Assembly (NCBI GenBank): GCA_021807105.1
Contig: JAKAPL010000002.1
Coordinates: forward strand, 48,515-112,514
Source of the DNA: Myxococcales bacterium
GTDB lineage: Bacteria; Myxococcota; Myxococcia; Myxococcales; JAKAPL01
Length of the DNA: 64,000 nucleotides
Direction: 5' to 3'
Made by a program: the position numbers and the translations under genes. Below the pieces are notes generated by a model that was not told the origin of the DNA, ran no database searches, and saw only the letters and a program-made list of their open reading frames with translations. Positions 31,469-45,700 of this stretch are shown one piece after another. Each line of letters opens with the position of its first letter. The stretch's first letter is position 1.

Positions 31469-32878
31469 TCAGTGGAACGTTCGATTCGTCGCCTGCTCGA
31501 GCTGGTAGACCGCGCTCCAGTAGTTCGCGAGGTCCTGGTGGTATTCGAGCTCCGCGGCGACGTAGGCGCGCTCGGCGAAGAGGAAGTCCACGAGCGAGGA
31601 GGCGCCCTTCTGGTACTGGATCTGGGCGAGATCGCGGGAGAGCTTGTACTCGGCGAGGAGCTCGCCCGGGATCATCCGCTCGACCTGCTCCTTCGCCGCC
31701 GAGTAGGCGGCGTAGCCGGTCGTCACGTCGGAGAGGACCTGGGCCTCCGCCTTGCCGAGCGACCGGCGCGCGGCCTCGACGTTGGCCCGCGCGCGCCCGA
31801 TCTCGCCCTGCTGCTGGTAGAGGACGGGGAGGTTGCCCGAGAGGCCGGCGGAGAACCCCGGCGCCGACGAGCAGGTCGCGCCGCTGCAAATCTCGCTGTA
31901 GCCCGCGTTGAGCGCGATGTCGGGCAGGAGCGCGCGCTTCGCCTGCCGGAGCGCCACCTCGGTCTGTTCGAGGTTCTTGCGGGCGATCTGGACGTCCGGC
32001 CGCAGCGCCAGCGCGTCGTCCACGAGTGCGTCGAAGCGGGTCGAATCGAGCGAGGGGAGCGGGCGGTAGTCGATGTCGCTCGTCAGGGTCACCTGGACCC
32101 TCCCCCCGCGCGCGCCGAGGAGGAAGGCGAGCGTGGCGATCGCCTGCTCGCGGCCGGCGCGGGCGGCGGCGAGCGACTGGAGCGCCTCGAGCTGGCCCGT
32201 CACGACCTGCGAGAGGTCCAGCCGGCCGATGGCGCCCTGCGCGAAGCGGACGCGGTTCAAGGCGAGCTGCCGGTCGAAGGTCGTGAAGGTCTCCTGGGCC
32301 GCGTCCACGTCGAGCCCGGCCATCACCGCGGCGACGTACGCCTCGCGAAGCTGCGCGAGCTCGACCCGCTTCACGTCGGCGACGGAGAAGCGCGCGGCCG
32401 CGAGCGCCTTCGCGGCGGCCTCGATCCGCAGGGAGCGTTTGCCCGAGAGCTGGTCCTCGATGGCTGCGTTGTCGTCGAGGCCGAGGCCGAAGCCCCAGGT
32501 GCTCGTCGTCGCGGAGTTGGGGGCGAGGTTGTAGAGGACGTCGTGGTTTAAGGACGGGACGTAATAGAGGGTCGGCTGGAAGCTCGGGTTCGGGTGGGCC
32601 CCCGCGGCCGTCAGGTCGCCCTCCGCCCCGCGGGCGTTCGCCTCGGCGATCAGGACGTCGAGGCCGCGGGCGAGGAAGAGCTCCTCCGCCTGGGCGAGGG
32701 AGAGGCGCGCGGGCAGGGCGCCGTCGCCGGGCGGCTCGGGCGCCGGGGCCGCGGCCAGAGAGGCCGCCGAGAGCAGCGCGAGGCTCGACCCGAGGAGAGG
32801 CACGCCTGGCTCTGCTGCAACGACGATGCCACCCTCGTCCCTGCCGCGCGGACAGGCGATCACGGAGCCTTTCCCCAT
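31469..32878 (-). CDS. TolC-family outer membrane efflux protein (start uncertain: ATG 32878 or GTG 32803)
   Basis: Two-repeat OEP pattern with coiled-coil segments (LSLAQAEELFLARGLDVLIAEANARGAEGD ... ANVEAARRSLGKAEAQV). It is the first gene of the OMP-small-MFP-RND block. Confidence 0.8.
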   Translation of the reverse strand: MGKGSVIACPRGRDEGGIVVAAEPGVPLLGSSLALLSAASLAAAPAPEPPGDGALPARLSLAQAEELFLARGLDVLIAEANARGAEGDLTAAGAHPNPSFQPTLYYVPSLNHDVLYNLAPNSATTSTWGFGLGLDDNAAIEDQLSGKRSLRIEAAAKALAAARFSVADVKRVELAQLREAYVAAVMAGLDVDAAQETFTTFDRQLALNRVRFAQGAIGRLDLSQVVTGQLEALQSLAAARAGREQAIATLAFLLGARGGRVQVTLTSDIDYRPLPSLDSTRFDALVDDALALRPDVQIARKNLEQTEVALRQAKRALLPDIALNAGYSEICSGATCSSAPGFSAGLSGNLPVLYQQQGEIGRARANVEAARRSLGKAEAQVLSDVTTGYAAYSAAKEQVERMIPGELLAEYKLSRDLAQIQYQKGASSLVDFLFAERAYVAAELEYHQDLANYWSAVYQLEQATNRTFH

Positions 32879-32965
32879 TCCCGATCCCGTCGCAGGTCAC
32901 AAGGATCTTGCGAGATCGAACGTTCTCTTCGAGTCTAGAGTGTGTGAACGAATCCCCTCCCGTCG

Positions 32966-34953
32966 TCAGGCCGCGCCGCTGGGCTGCGCGAGCCGGACCC
33001 CGAGCATCGAGTGGCGCTCGATCCGGCGCGAGAGCGCCCGCGCGAGGACCTCCCGGCGGCCGACGACGGTCACCGACCGGCGGGCGCGGGTCAAGGCCGT
33101 GTAGACGATGGGACGGGAGAGGAGCGGGTGGTCCGGGTCGTCGGGCAGGACGAGCGCGACGTGATCGTACTCCGAACCCTGCGCCTTGTGGACGGTCAGG
33201 GCGAAGGCGGGCGCGAACGAGGGCAGCAGGGCGAAGCAGGCGAAGCCGCCCGCGCGGGGGAAGAGCGCGCGCAGGGGCTGCGCGCCGGGCTCGTGGACGG
33301 GGAGGGCAAGGCCCTGGTCGCCGTTGAAGAGGCGGGCGGCGTAGTCGTTGCGCTGGACGAGGATCGGCTCGCCGGCGGCGAAGCGGTCGCCCCCGTCCGG
33401 GCCGGGGAGGCGGCGGCGCCAGAGGCGGGCGGCGGCGGCGTTCACCGCCTCGGCGCCGGTCGGCAGCGCGGCGGAGCGGGTCACGCAGAGGAGGCGGCTC
33501 CCGGAGAGGTGGGCGAAGAGCCGCTCCCGATATGTGGCGGCGGCGGGGCCGGCGAGGTCGCCGGCCGTGGCGAGCAGCCGGTCGATCCCGGGGAGCGCGC
33601 GCAGGCGCCGCTCGACCCAGGCCTCGAGGAACGCTTCGAGGTCGCCCGGACCGCGCGGCTCGAAGAGCTCCGCGCCGTCGAAGGCGAGCCGCGCGGCCGA
33701 CTCGCGCGAGACGAGGGCCGACGGCGCCGCGGCGGCGTCCCGGTCGATGGCCTCTGCGAGCTCGAGGAGCCCCGGCGCCCCGCCGGCCCGGAAGCAGCGG
33801 CTGAGCCGGACCGTGGAAGCCTCGCGAGGATCCGCGGGCGGGGGCGCCTCGGGCAGCGGGCCGGCGACGAGCCGGTCCCAGGGCTTCTGCGCGACGCCGC
33901 CGCCGGGCGGGACGAGGTCGCGCAGGACGGCGCCCGCGTCGACCGAGGGGAGCTGGCCGGGGTCCCCGAGCAGGAGGAGCTGGCCGCCGGGCGGCAGCGC
34001 GCGCAGCAGGCGGTCCATCAGGACGGCGTCGATCATCGAAGCCTCGTCGACGATCACGAACGATTCGGAGAGCGGGTTCTGCTCGTGGTGGAGGAAGCGG
34101 CCCCGCCCCGGCGAGCAGCCGAGGAGCCGGTGGAGGGTGCGTGGCTCGGGCAGCGCACCGGCGAGCCGGCCGCCCGCCTCCGCGTCCGGCGCCTCGGGGA
34201 GGCCGAGGCGGATGGCCTCCGCGAGGCGGTTCGCCGCCTTGCCCGTGGGGGCGGCGAGCGCGACGCGCGCGAGGGGGAGGCCGAGGCGGACGAGCAGGCG
34301 CAGGAGCGCGACCACGATGGAGGTCTTGCCGGTCCCCGGGCCGCCGGTGACCACGCAGAGCGGGAGCTTTACGGCGCACAGGACCGCGCGCTGCTGCTCG
34401 GCGGTGAGCGGCGCCGCGCCCGCGCGCAGCGTCGCGAACGCCTCGGCGAGGCCGGGGAGGCTCGCCGGGGGCGCCGCCCGCAGCTTCTGGAAGCCCGCGA
34501 GCAGGCGGGCCTCGGTCGCGTGGAGCTTCTGGAGGTAGAGCCGCGGGCCGTCGAGGATGAGCGGCCGGAGGTCGCCGGGCCGCCCCGCGAGGCCGCCGAA
34601 GGCCGCCGGTCCGGACGCGACGAGCCCGGCCGCGCGCCGCCGATCCTCCTCCTCCGCGCCGAGCCGCGCGAGCGCCTCGTCGATGGCCTCCCCGGGCAGG
34701 AAGAGGCTCCCCTCGCGCCGCTCGGCGAGGAGCGCCGCGAGCAGGAAGACCAGGGCGCGGCGATCGGGCCCGGCGAGGCCGCGGGCGCAGCGGCAGAGCT
34801 CGAAGGCGCGCCAGAGGATCTCCTCGTCCAGCTCCGCCGCGGCGGCCGCGCGCAAGAGGCTCGCGGGGAGCGGCGGCCGGTCGTCGTCCTCGGGGAGCGC
34901 CCGCGGGTCGAGCCGCGCGGCGGCCGTGCCGCGCGGGTCGAGTGCGATGGGTC

Positions 34954-34957
<4 letters not shown>
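32966..34957 (-). CDS. recD: Exodeoxyribonuclease V alpha subunit RecD
   Basis: SF1 helicase motifs VVTGGPGTGKTS, VIVDEASMID, LLLLGDPGQLPSV and AFALTVHKAQGSEYD. The GTG start (34955-34957) overlaps the recB TGA (GTGA). Confidence 0.88.
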
Positions 34958-38441
<3,484 letters not shown>

Positions 38442-38445
<4 letters not shown>

Positions 38446-41400
38446 GCGGCCTCCGCCCGCTCGGCCCGCCGGGCCGCGAAGTAGAGATCGAAGCGGCGCT
38501 CGATCCGCGCGCGGGCCTCCGCGTCGTCGAGGAGCCGGTACGCCTCGGGGTCGCGGATCGGGCCGTAGAGCGACGCGCAGAGCCCCCGCTTGAGCTGCTC
38601 CTGCACGATGGCGGCGAAGGGGCCCCCGCCCCCGTCCGCGGTGAACGCGAAGACCGCCGTGGCGGGCAGCAGGTAGTCGTGGACCTCGGCGAAGAGCTCG
38701 TTCGCGAGCCGCGCGAGGTAGGCGCGGGCCTCGGCGCGGGGGATGGCCGCGAAGCGGGCGACCCCGAGGCCGGCTCCTCGTGCGCCCCCCTCTCCAGGAA
38801 GGATCAGCACGACGCTCCGGTCGGCCGAATCGCCCGACGCGCAGAGGGCCACGTGATCGAGGAAGCCCCCGAGCGTCTCCTGGGCTCGCCGGGCGGCCTC
38901 GTCCGCCTTCGATGGCCGGGCCGCGCGGGCGCGCACCGAGATCAGGTGGCGCCGCCCGCCGAACAGGAGCGCGACCCGCCCGCAGAGCGGCAGCTCGCCC
39001 AGCCCCGCCACCGGGAGCGGGATCGGATCGAGGACCGCATCGACCTCCTCGGCCTCGCCCGCCGGCCCGAAGCGGAGCGTCTCCGGCCGGGTCCCGGCGA
39101 GGCCGTTCTCGTCCAGGTAGCGCGCGAGCGCCGCGCGAGAGCCCTCCACGACGTCGAGGTGGCGGCGGGCCTCGAGCCGTCCGAAGAAGCCCGCCTCCGG
39201 CAGCCTGCCGGCGGCGACGCGCGGCGAGGAGAGCCGCGCCAGCAGCGCCTCCGCGCCGGCGCCGTCCGGGCCGCGGGCGAGCCGCTCGAACAGCTCGCGC
39301 TGGAGGGAGATCGCCTCGAGCCGAGCGGCCTCGAACGGCTCGGCCTCGAGGGCGGCGCGGTCCTCGCGGTCCTCCTCCAGCCCCAGGAGCGTCCGGGCGC
39401 CCTCCTGCAGCGGGCACTCCAGGAAGCGGCGGAGGTTCGAGAGGGAGAGGCGCGCGGGCGCCCCGGCCGCGGCGGCGGCCGCGCGCGGCGGCGGCCCGAT
39501 GCCCAGCCGACTCGAAAGGCGGCTCCAGTCCTCTTCGGGCAGCGCCTCGCGCAGGGCCTCGGGGCCCGCCGGCACGCCGTGCGCGTCGGCCTCGCGGCGC
39601 AAGGCGGCGAGCCCCGCCTCGACCCGCGCCTCGGGGGGGCTCCACGGCGCCCCCGCCCCGCCGCCGCGAGGCTCGCTCTTGCGCCAGAGCGGGACCGCGC
39701 GCACGAGCGGCGGCGGCCCGTCGCCCCACGGCCGGTATCCCCGCCGGACGATCCCGAGCAGCTCCACGACGGCGGCCGACGGCGCGAGGCCGTCGCCGGT
39801 GATCTCGTCCCGCCCGACATACGAGAGGTAGAGCCGGTCGCGGGCGGAGAGGAGCGTCGAAAGGAACAGGTACTGGTCCCGCTCGCGGGGCGGCGCCTCG
39901 CCCGGCCGCGGCCGGGCGAGGCGGAGGTCGAGCGGCGCGTGGGCCGGCGGGGCCGGGAACCGCTTCTCGTCGAGCCCGGCGATGAAGATCACCCGGAACG
40001 GGACGGAGCGCAGGGCCGCGAGGGTCGAGACGACGACCCCCCCGCGGCCGCTGCGCCTCGACGCGACGCCGGAGAGCCGGGAGCGGGCGATCTCGTGGGC
40101 GAGCGGAAAGCCGAAGCGGCGCCCGCCGAGGTCGGGGTCGAGCTGTGCGATCGAGCGGACCGCCGAGAGGCAGCGCTCGCGCTCCGCCTCGGCCTCCGCC
40201 TCGCCCGCCACGAGGTAGGCGCCGAGGTAGAGCGACAGGAACTCCCCCCAGCGGGCGGCGTCGTACTCCGCCCGGCGCGCGTGGGTCGCGTCGGACAGGA
40301 GCGAGCGGACGAGCAGCCCGAAGGAGGCCGACGAATCGCGGCCGCCCTCCTCGTCCGGGAAGTACTCCTCGCCGCCGATGACCACGGGCTCCGGGCGCGC
40401 CCCGGCGAGCATCGCGTCGCCGAGCGCGAGCCGGCGCAGCCCCTGGTCCCAGTTGAAGAGATCGGCCTCGTCCGCCCCGCCCCGCGCGGCCTCGCGGAAG
40501 ATCCCCAGCGCGTCCGCCCGCGCCGCCCACTCCTCCGGATCGACCCCGGGGAAGCGGCCGAGGACGGCGGGGTGCGTGACGGCCTCGAGCAGCTCGGCGC
40601 GGGTGAAGCGGCCGCCCGGCAGCCCGAGGAGCAGCGCCGCCGCCTGCGCCATCGGGCCCGGCGCGGGCGCATCGAGCGCGTGCGGGATCGAGAAGCCGGG
40701 CTCGTCGAAGGCCGCGGCGAGGTGGCGAAAGTAGTCCTCCGGCTCCGGCCCCGCGACGAGCACGGCGATGTCCGAGAAGGAGATCGGCTCGTCCCGGACG
40801 AGCGCGCCGATCTCCGAGGCGATCGCCTCGGCCTCGCGCCGCGGGTTCGGGCAGGAGAGCAGCCGCAGGCTCCGGTCGGCCGCGAAGTCGAACGCCGGGT
40901 CCGGGGCCGTCCGCTCCGGCTCGCGCCGCAGGATGTCCCGCTGGATCTGCCGCAGGAGCGTCGTCGCGCCCGCGGCGGGGTCCTCGAAGGCCTCGGTGAA
41001 GTCGTGGCCGGTCAGCTCCGAGAGGCGGCGGACGTCCTCCCGGCCCGGGCGGCCCCAGAGGACGAGCGGCGGCGTGTCGCCCGGCTCGCCCGCGTCCTCC
41101 CAGAACTCGCCGCAGGGGTTTAAGCTGTAGACATGGACGGTGGTCCGCTCCGCGATCCGCGCGAGCAGCCGGTGGACGAGGTCGCCGGCGTGCGTGAGGC
41201 CGAAGAGGTGGACCTCCGGGCCGGCGTAGAGCGGCGCGCGGAGCAGCTCGTGCAGCCCGATCGCGCCGGCGCCGGCCGCGAGGGGGCCGCCCGCGCCGAA
41301 GGCGAGCCGGAAGAGCTCGCGCTGCCAGACCTCGTCGGCGGCGGCCTCCGTCCCGGCGAGCGCCGCCTCGCCCCGCGCCCAGGCGGCGAGCATGTCCGGC

Positions 41401-41834
41401 CGCGTGTAGGCGTACTCCTCGAAGAGACGCGACAGCTCGCGGGCGAGCTGGAAGCGGCGCCGGTCGCGCCCCTCGGGCGACGGCCCCGACAGGTACGTCC
41501 GGACCGGCCGGAGGCGGGGGCCGGCGAGGGCCGCCTCGTCGAGCAGCGCGCCGAGCAGCGCGCCGAAGATCGCCTCCGCGCCGGCGAGGCGGCGGCCGCC
41601 CGGCCGCCCGCCCGCGACCCGTTCGATGAACTGCCCCAGGGAGAGCAGGTCGAGGTTCGCCGCGATCCCGTCCCGGCAGGCGAGCGCGCGCTTCACGAAG
41701 AGGCCGACCTGCCGGCTGGGGATCACGACGACCGGCGCGTCGAGCGGCCCGTGGCTCTGCCGGAACGCGTCGAGCGCCTCGGCCAGCCGCTCCACCAGCG
41801 CCTCGGCCCGGTTCGAGTAGGTGAGCCGAATCAT
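38442..41834 (-). CDS. recC: Exodeoxyribonuclease V gamma subunit RecC
   Basis: MIRLTYSNRAEALVERLAEAL aligns with the canonical RecC N-terminus (MLRVYHSNRLDVL...). Length is about 1130 aa. SD GGGAGGG lies upstream. The order is recC-recB-recD. Confidence 0.88.
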
Positions 41835-41930
41835 CGCCCTCCCGCGATAGCGCCGCGCCTTCGCCGCTGTCAAACGGCCGGAGGGACGGGGGCGTCTCTT
41901 CGTCCCCCGCCCTTGGCGGGCGCCTGGGAG

Positions 41931-41986
41931 CGCCGGCGTCCCGCCGGCGGCAGGCTTCGGGTGCGGGAACGCCGGCGTCCGCCGGC
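41931..41986 (-). terminator. Two tandem GC hairpins downstream of the small basic protein gene
   Basis: CGCCGGCG-TCC-CGCCGGCG (41931-41949) and GCCGGCG-TC-CGCCGGC (41971-41986). No U-tract, so these could be a REP-like stem pair or a weak terminator. Confidence 0.3.
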
Positions 41987-42035
41987 ACCGCGCTGGGATT
42001 GCCGTGAACCCGTCCCCGCGGAAGACCCCCGCCTC

Positions 42036-42503
42036 CTAGCCGTTCTTGCCGCCCTGGCCGGTCGTGCCCGTCTTGAGCGAGGTGACGTTCACCTCGGCAA
42101 TCGCCGCGCGCTTGGCCTTCTTCTTCTCCTGCGCCTTCTTCGCGGCCTGCGACTTCTCGGCCACGGTCGCGATCTTCCGCTTCGGCCACTCGTAGCCGAA
42201 GTCGGCGAGCCGCGGGTCGCCCTTCTCCATCGTCGCCCGGAAGTACGCCTTGCTCTGGGTGTCGAAGGCCTCCGCGGCCGCGACCGCCTGGTGGGTCTGG
42301 GCGGTGAGCTTGGCCTCCTGCGCCCGCCAGCCGTTGAGCTTGTCGATCTGCTGGAGGGCGGCGGCGTAGATCGCGTCGGCGGCCGCCTGGGTCACGTTCT
42401 TGCCGCCCAGGGGGATCTGGCTCTTCGCGGGGACGTCCTTCTTCCAGCCGGCCCGCGCCTTGGTGAACTTCGCGAACTGCTTCGAGTAGTTCATCTTCGC
42501 CAT
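42036..42503 (-). CDS. Small Lys/Ala-rich basic protein, unknown function
   Basis: The internal ATG of track ORF 42036..42779 is preceded by GAGGAGAT (SD). 155 aa: MAKMNYSKQFAKFTKARAGWKK...AEKSQAAKKAQEKKKAKRAA.... Nearly every codon ends in G/C, so it is genuinely coding. Confidence 0.75.
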   Translation of the reverse strand: MAKMNYSKQFAKFTKARAGWKKDVPAKSQIPLGGKNVTQAAADAIYAAALQQIDKLNGWRAQEAKLTAQTHQAVAAAEAFDTQSKAYFRATMEKGDPRLADFGYEWPKRKIATVAEKSQAAKKAQEKKKAKRAAIAEVNVTSLKTGTTGQGGKNG

Positions 42504-42559
42504 GATCTCCTCGCCCTCGAAAGAGCCCGGACGCACCATCCAGGCTAAGCCTATGGACC

Positions 42560-42574
42560 ATCGTACACTACGAT
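42560..42574. promoter_or_regulatory. 15-bp dyad ATCGTA-CAC-TACGAT in the leader of the small basic protein gene
   Basis: Perfect 6-bp arms with a 3-bp spacer, in an AT-enriched patch between the sigma-54-like element and the start codon. Confidence 0.3.
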
Positions 42575-42583
42575 CGAACGGAT

Positions 42584-42599
42584 GGCAAGGGGGTTTCCA
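42584..42599 (-). promoter_or_regulatory. Sigma-54-type promoter candidate (TGGAAA-N5-TTGCC)
   Basis: The minus strand reads TGGAAACCCCCTTGCC. GG and GC are at the canonical -24/-12 spacing, about 80 nt upstream of the ATG at 42503. Confidence 0.3.
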
Positions 42600-42601
42600 G
42601 C

Positions 42602-42735
42602 GGGCGCGAGGTCGCCGGCCGCGAGGGCGACCCGTTTCCTGGCCTCGGCGAGGTCGCGCAAAGCGTGCCCGAGCCTCTCCTCGCGTTCGGCGAGGTCGCG
42701 TCAAGGTCCTGCCCGAGCGTCTCTTCGTCCCCCGC
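42602..42735. repeat. Short array (about 6 modules) of the same 21-bp module family as 26351..26812
   Basis: GGCGAGGTCGCGCAAAGCGTG + CCCGAGCCTCTCCTCGCGTTC (42647-42688) and a second a+b pair, preceded by a c-like module GGCGACCCGTTTCCTGGCCTC. About three quarters of positions are identical to the 26.4-kb units. Confidence 0.75.
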
Positions 42736-42787
42736 GCGCGAGCCCACATGATAGACTGGTCGGAATGGCCTCCCGCCATCCCTCCTG

Positions 42788-45700
42788 ATGCTCCGGATCG
42801 ACGAACGCGAGCTCCGCACGCTCTTCGACGACCGGACCTACCGGCGGGGGCGGTCCTATGCCCGCGCCGGCGCGGTGGCGCAGACCCGCGAGGACGGCGA
42901 CCGCGTGCGCGCCCGCGTGCAGGGCAGCCGGCCGCGCCCCTACGAGGTCTGGGTGCGGCGCGACGGCGAGCGGATCGTCTCGCAGTGCTCCTGCCCCGGC
43001 TGGTCGGGCGCCCGCCGCCATTGCCACCACGTGGCCGCGCTCCTCTTCACCCTGCGCGCCCCGCCCGCGGGCGCGGCGGAGGAGGGGGGAGGCTCGCTCC
43101 GGCCGCCGCTCTCCTCCTGGCTCGCCGCGCAGGAGGCCGCGCGGCCCGCGGCGCCGGCCGCCTACGTCTTCTCGGTCGAAGACGATCACGCGATCGTCCG
43201 CCAGCTCGCGCGGGCGCCGGTCGCGGCGCCGGACGCGAGGCTCGCCGAGCTGCTCGCCGGCTTCCCGCGCGCAGAGGAGGGCGGCGCCCGCGTCCCCCTC
43301 GCGCGCGCGGGCGAGCTGCTCGCCCGCCTGTCCGGCCGGCCGGTCTTCGCCGACGACCGGTGCGAGATCCCGCTCCGCTTCGCCGGCGAGCCGGTCGGCG
43401 TGCGCGTCGACATGCTGGCCCCGGAGGCGGGCGGGGAGCCGGCCGCGGCGGCCGCCCCCTTCCTCTTTCGCGCCGTCCTCGCGCCGCGCGGCGGCGGGCG
43501 GGCGCTCTCGTTCGCCGAGGTCCGCGTCGCCGGGGGCGCCGAACGCTTCGTCCTCGCCGAGGACGTCGTCCATCCCCTCGACCCGCGCCTGCCCGACGCG
43601 ATGCTCGCCCGGCTGCGTGACGCGCCCGAGGTCTCCTGCCGCGCCGAGGAGCTGCCGCGCGCCTTCGCCGAGTGGCTGCCGCGGCTGCGCGAGGCCGCCG
43701 GGGCCGTGGTTCCGGAGGCCGCCGCGGTCTTCCCCGTGCAGGGCGGCCCGCCGCGGATCCTCGCCGCCTGCGCCGGCGACCTCGAGCGCGCCGAGGTCCG
43801 CCTCTTCGCCCGCTACGGCGAGGTCGAGGTCGCGATCGACCCGGAGGGCGCCGCGCCCGCCGCCGAGGTCCGCCTCGACCCGGAGCGCCGCCCGTTCGTG
43901 CTCGCCCGCGACCTCGCCGCGGAGGAGGCGGCCGCCGCGCTCCTCCCGGCGGCGGGGCTGCGCCGGGAGGAGGGGGCGTTTTTCGCCGAGGGCGAGGCCG
44001 CGCTCGCCTTCTGGAGCCGCGGCCGGCAGGCGTTTCCGGAGGGCTGGGACCTCCGCCTGCCCCCCGCGCTCGTCTCGCTCCGGGTGCGGCAGGCGCGGAT
44101 CCAGCCGCGGATCGAGGTCGGCCTCGGGGCCCGGGGGTGGTTCTCGATCGACGCCTTCCTCGGCGCCGAGGGGGTCGCGGTCGATCCGGACGAGCTGCGC
44201 GCCTGCCTCGCCGCCCTCTCGCCCTACGCGACGCTCGCGGACGGCTCGGTCGCGCCCATCGACGCCGCGGCCTGCCGCGACGTGCTCGACGCGCTCTCGG
44301 GCGTGACGAGCCTTGAAGGCGCGCCGCGCGGGGAGGCGCCGCCGTGGCTCGCGGGCCCGGTGCGCGAGCTCGCCGCCGCCGGCCGCGGGGGGGCGCACGT
44401 CAGCCGCGAGGCCGCAGAGCTGCTCTGCCGCCTCTCGGGCGAGGCGGTCCCGGAGGCGCCCGTGCCGGCCGGGCTCACGGGCGCGCTGCGGCCCTACCAG
44501 GTCCACGGCTTCCGCTGGCTCGCGATGCTCGAGGACCTCGGGCTCCCCGCGCTGCTCGCCGACGAGATGGGGCTCGGCAAGACCATCCAGACGCTCGCGC
44601 TCCTGCTCCGGGACCAGGAGCGCGGGGCCGGACCGGCGCTCGTCGTCTGTCCGACCTCCGTGCTGCCCAACTGGCTGCGCGAGGCCGGGCGGTTCGCGCC
44701 GTCGCTGCGGGCCGTCGCCTTCGCGGGCGGCCGGCGCAAGCTCCCGGAGGAGGGCGCGGCGGACCTCGTCGTGACCAGCTACGCCATCCTGCGGCGCGAC
44801 GCCTCCCTGCTCGGATCCCGCGCCTTCTCGTCGGTCGTCCTCGACGAGGCCCAGCACGTGAAGAACCCCGAGGCCAAGGGCGCGCAGGCCGCGCGCGGGC
44901 TGACCGGCCGCTTCCGGCTGGTCCTCACCGGCACGCCCGTGGAGAACCGGCCGCTCGACCTCTGGTCGCTCTTCTCGTTCCTGCTCCCGGGCTTCTTGGG
45001 CGGGCAGGACGAGTTCATGCGGCGCTACGAGGAGGGCGCGGGCTCCACGATCGAGGAGGCGCAGCGCCGGCTCGCCGTCCGGGTGGGGCCCTTCCTCCTG
45101 CGGCGCGTGAAGAAGGACGTGCTCGAAGAGCTCCCCGAGAAGCGGCGGACGGACATGGTCTGCGAGCTGTCCGAGCCGCAGCGCCGGCTCTACCGCCAGG
45201 TGCTGATGCAGGTGCGCGCCGAGGTCTTCGGCGCGATCGCCCTGCGGGGGATGGCGCGGGCGCGGGTCAACATCCTCACCGGCCTCCTGCGGCTGCGGCA
45301 GGTGGCCTGCGACCCGCGGCTCCTCTTTGCGGGGGAGTTCTCCGAGGAGGACTCCGGCAAGCTCCAGCTCTTCCGGGAGCTCATCGAGGAGGCGCTCGAC
45401 GGCGGCCACCGGGTCGTCGTCTTCAGCCAGTTCGTCCAGATGCTCGCCTTGCAGAAGAAGCTGCTCGACGGGCTCGGCGTGCGCTACGAGTATCTCGACG
45501 GGCGCACGCGCGACCGGCAGGCGATCCTCGACCGCTTCAACGCGCCCGAGGGCGAGGGGCGCGCGGACGTCTTCCTGATCTCGCTGCGCGCGGGCGGCAC
45601 CGGCGTGAACCTCGCGAGCGCGGACACGGTGCTGCTCTACGATCCGTGGTGGAACCCCGCCGTGGAGGACCAGGCGGTCGATCGCGTCCACCGGATCGGC

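Noticed and set aside
41868-41873. Perfect TTGACA (minus strand) upstream of recC as its -35 box, and the TTG at 41873 as the recC start.
   Set aside because: The only -10-like hexamer (TATCGC, 18 bp away) would put the TSS on or after the SD GGGAGGG. Homology to the canonical RecC N-terminus starts exactly at the ATG at 41834.
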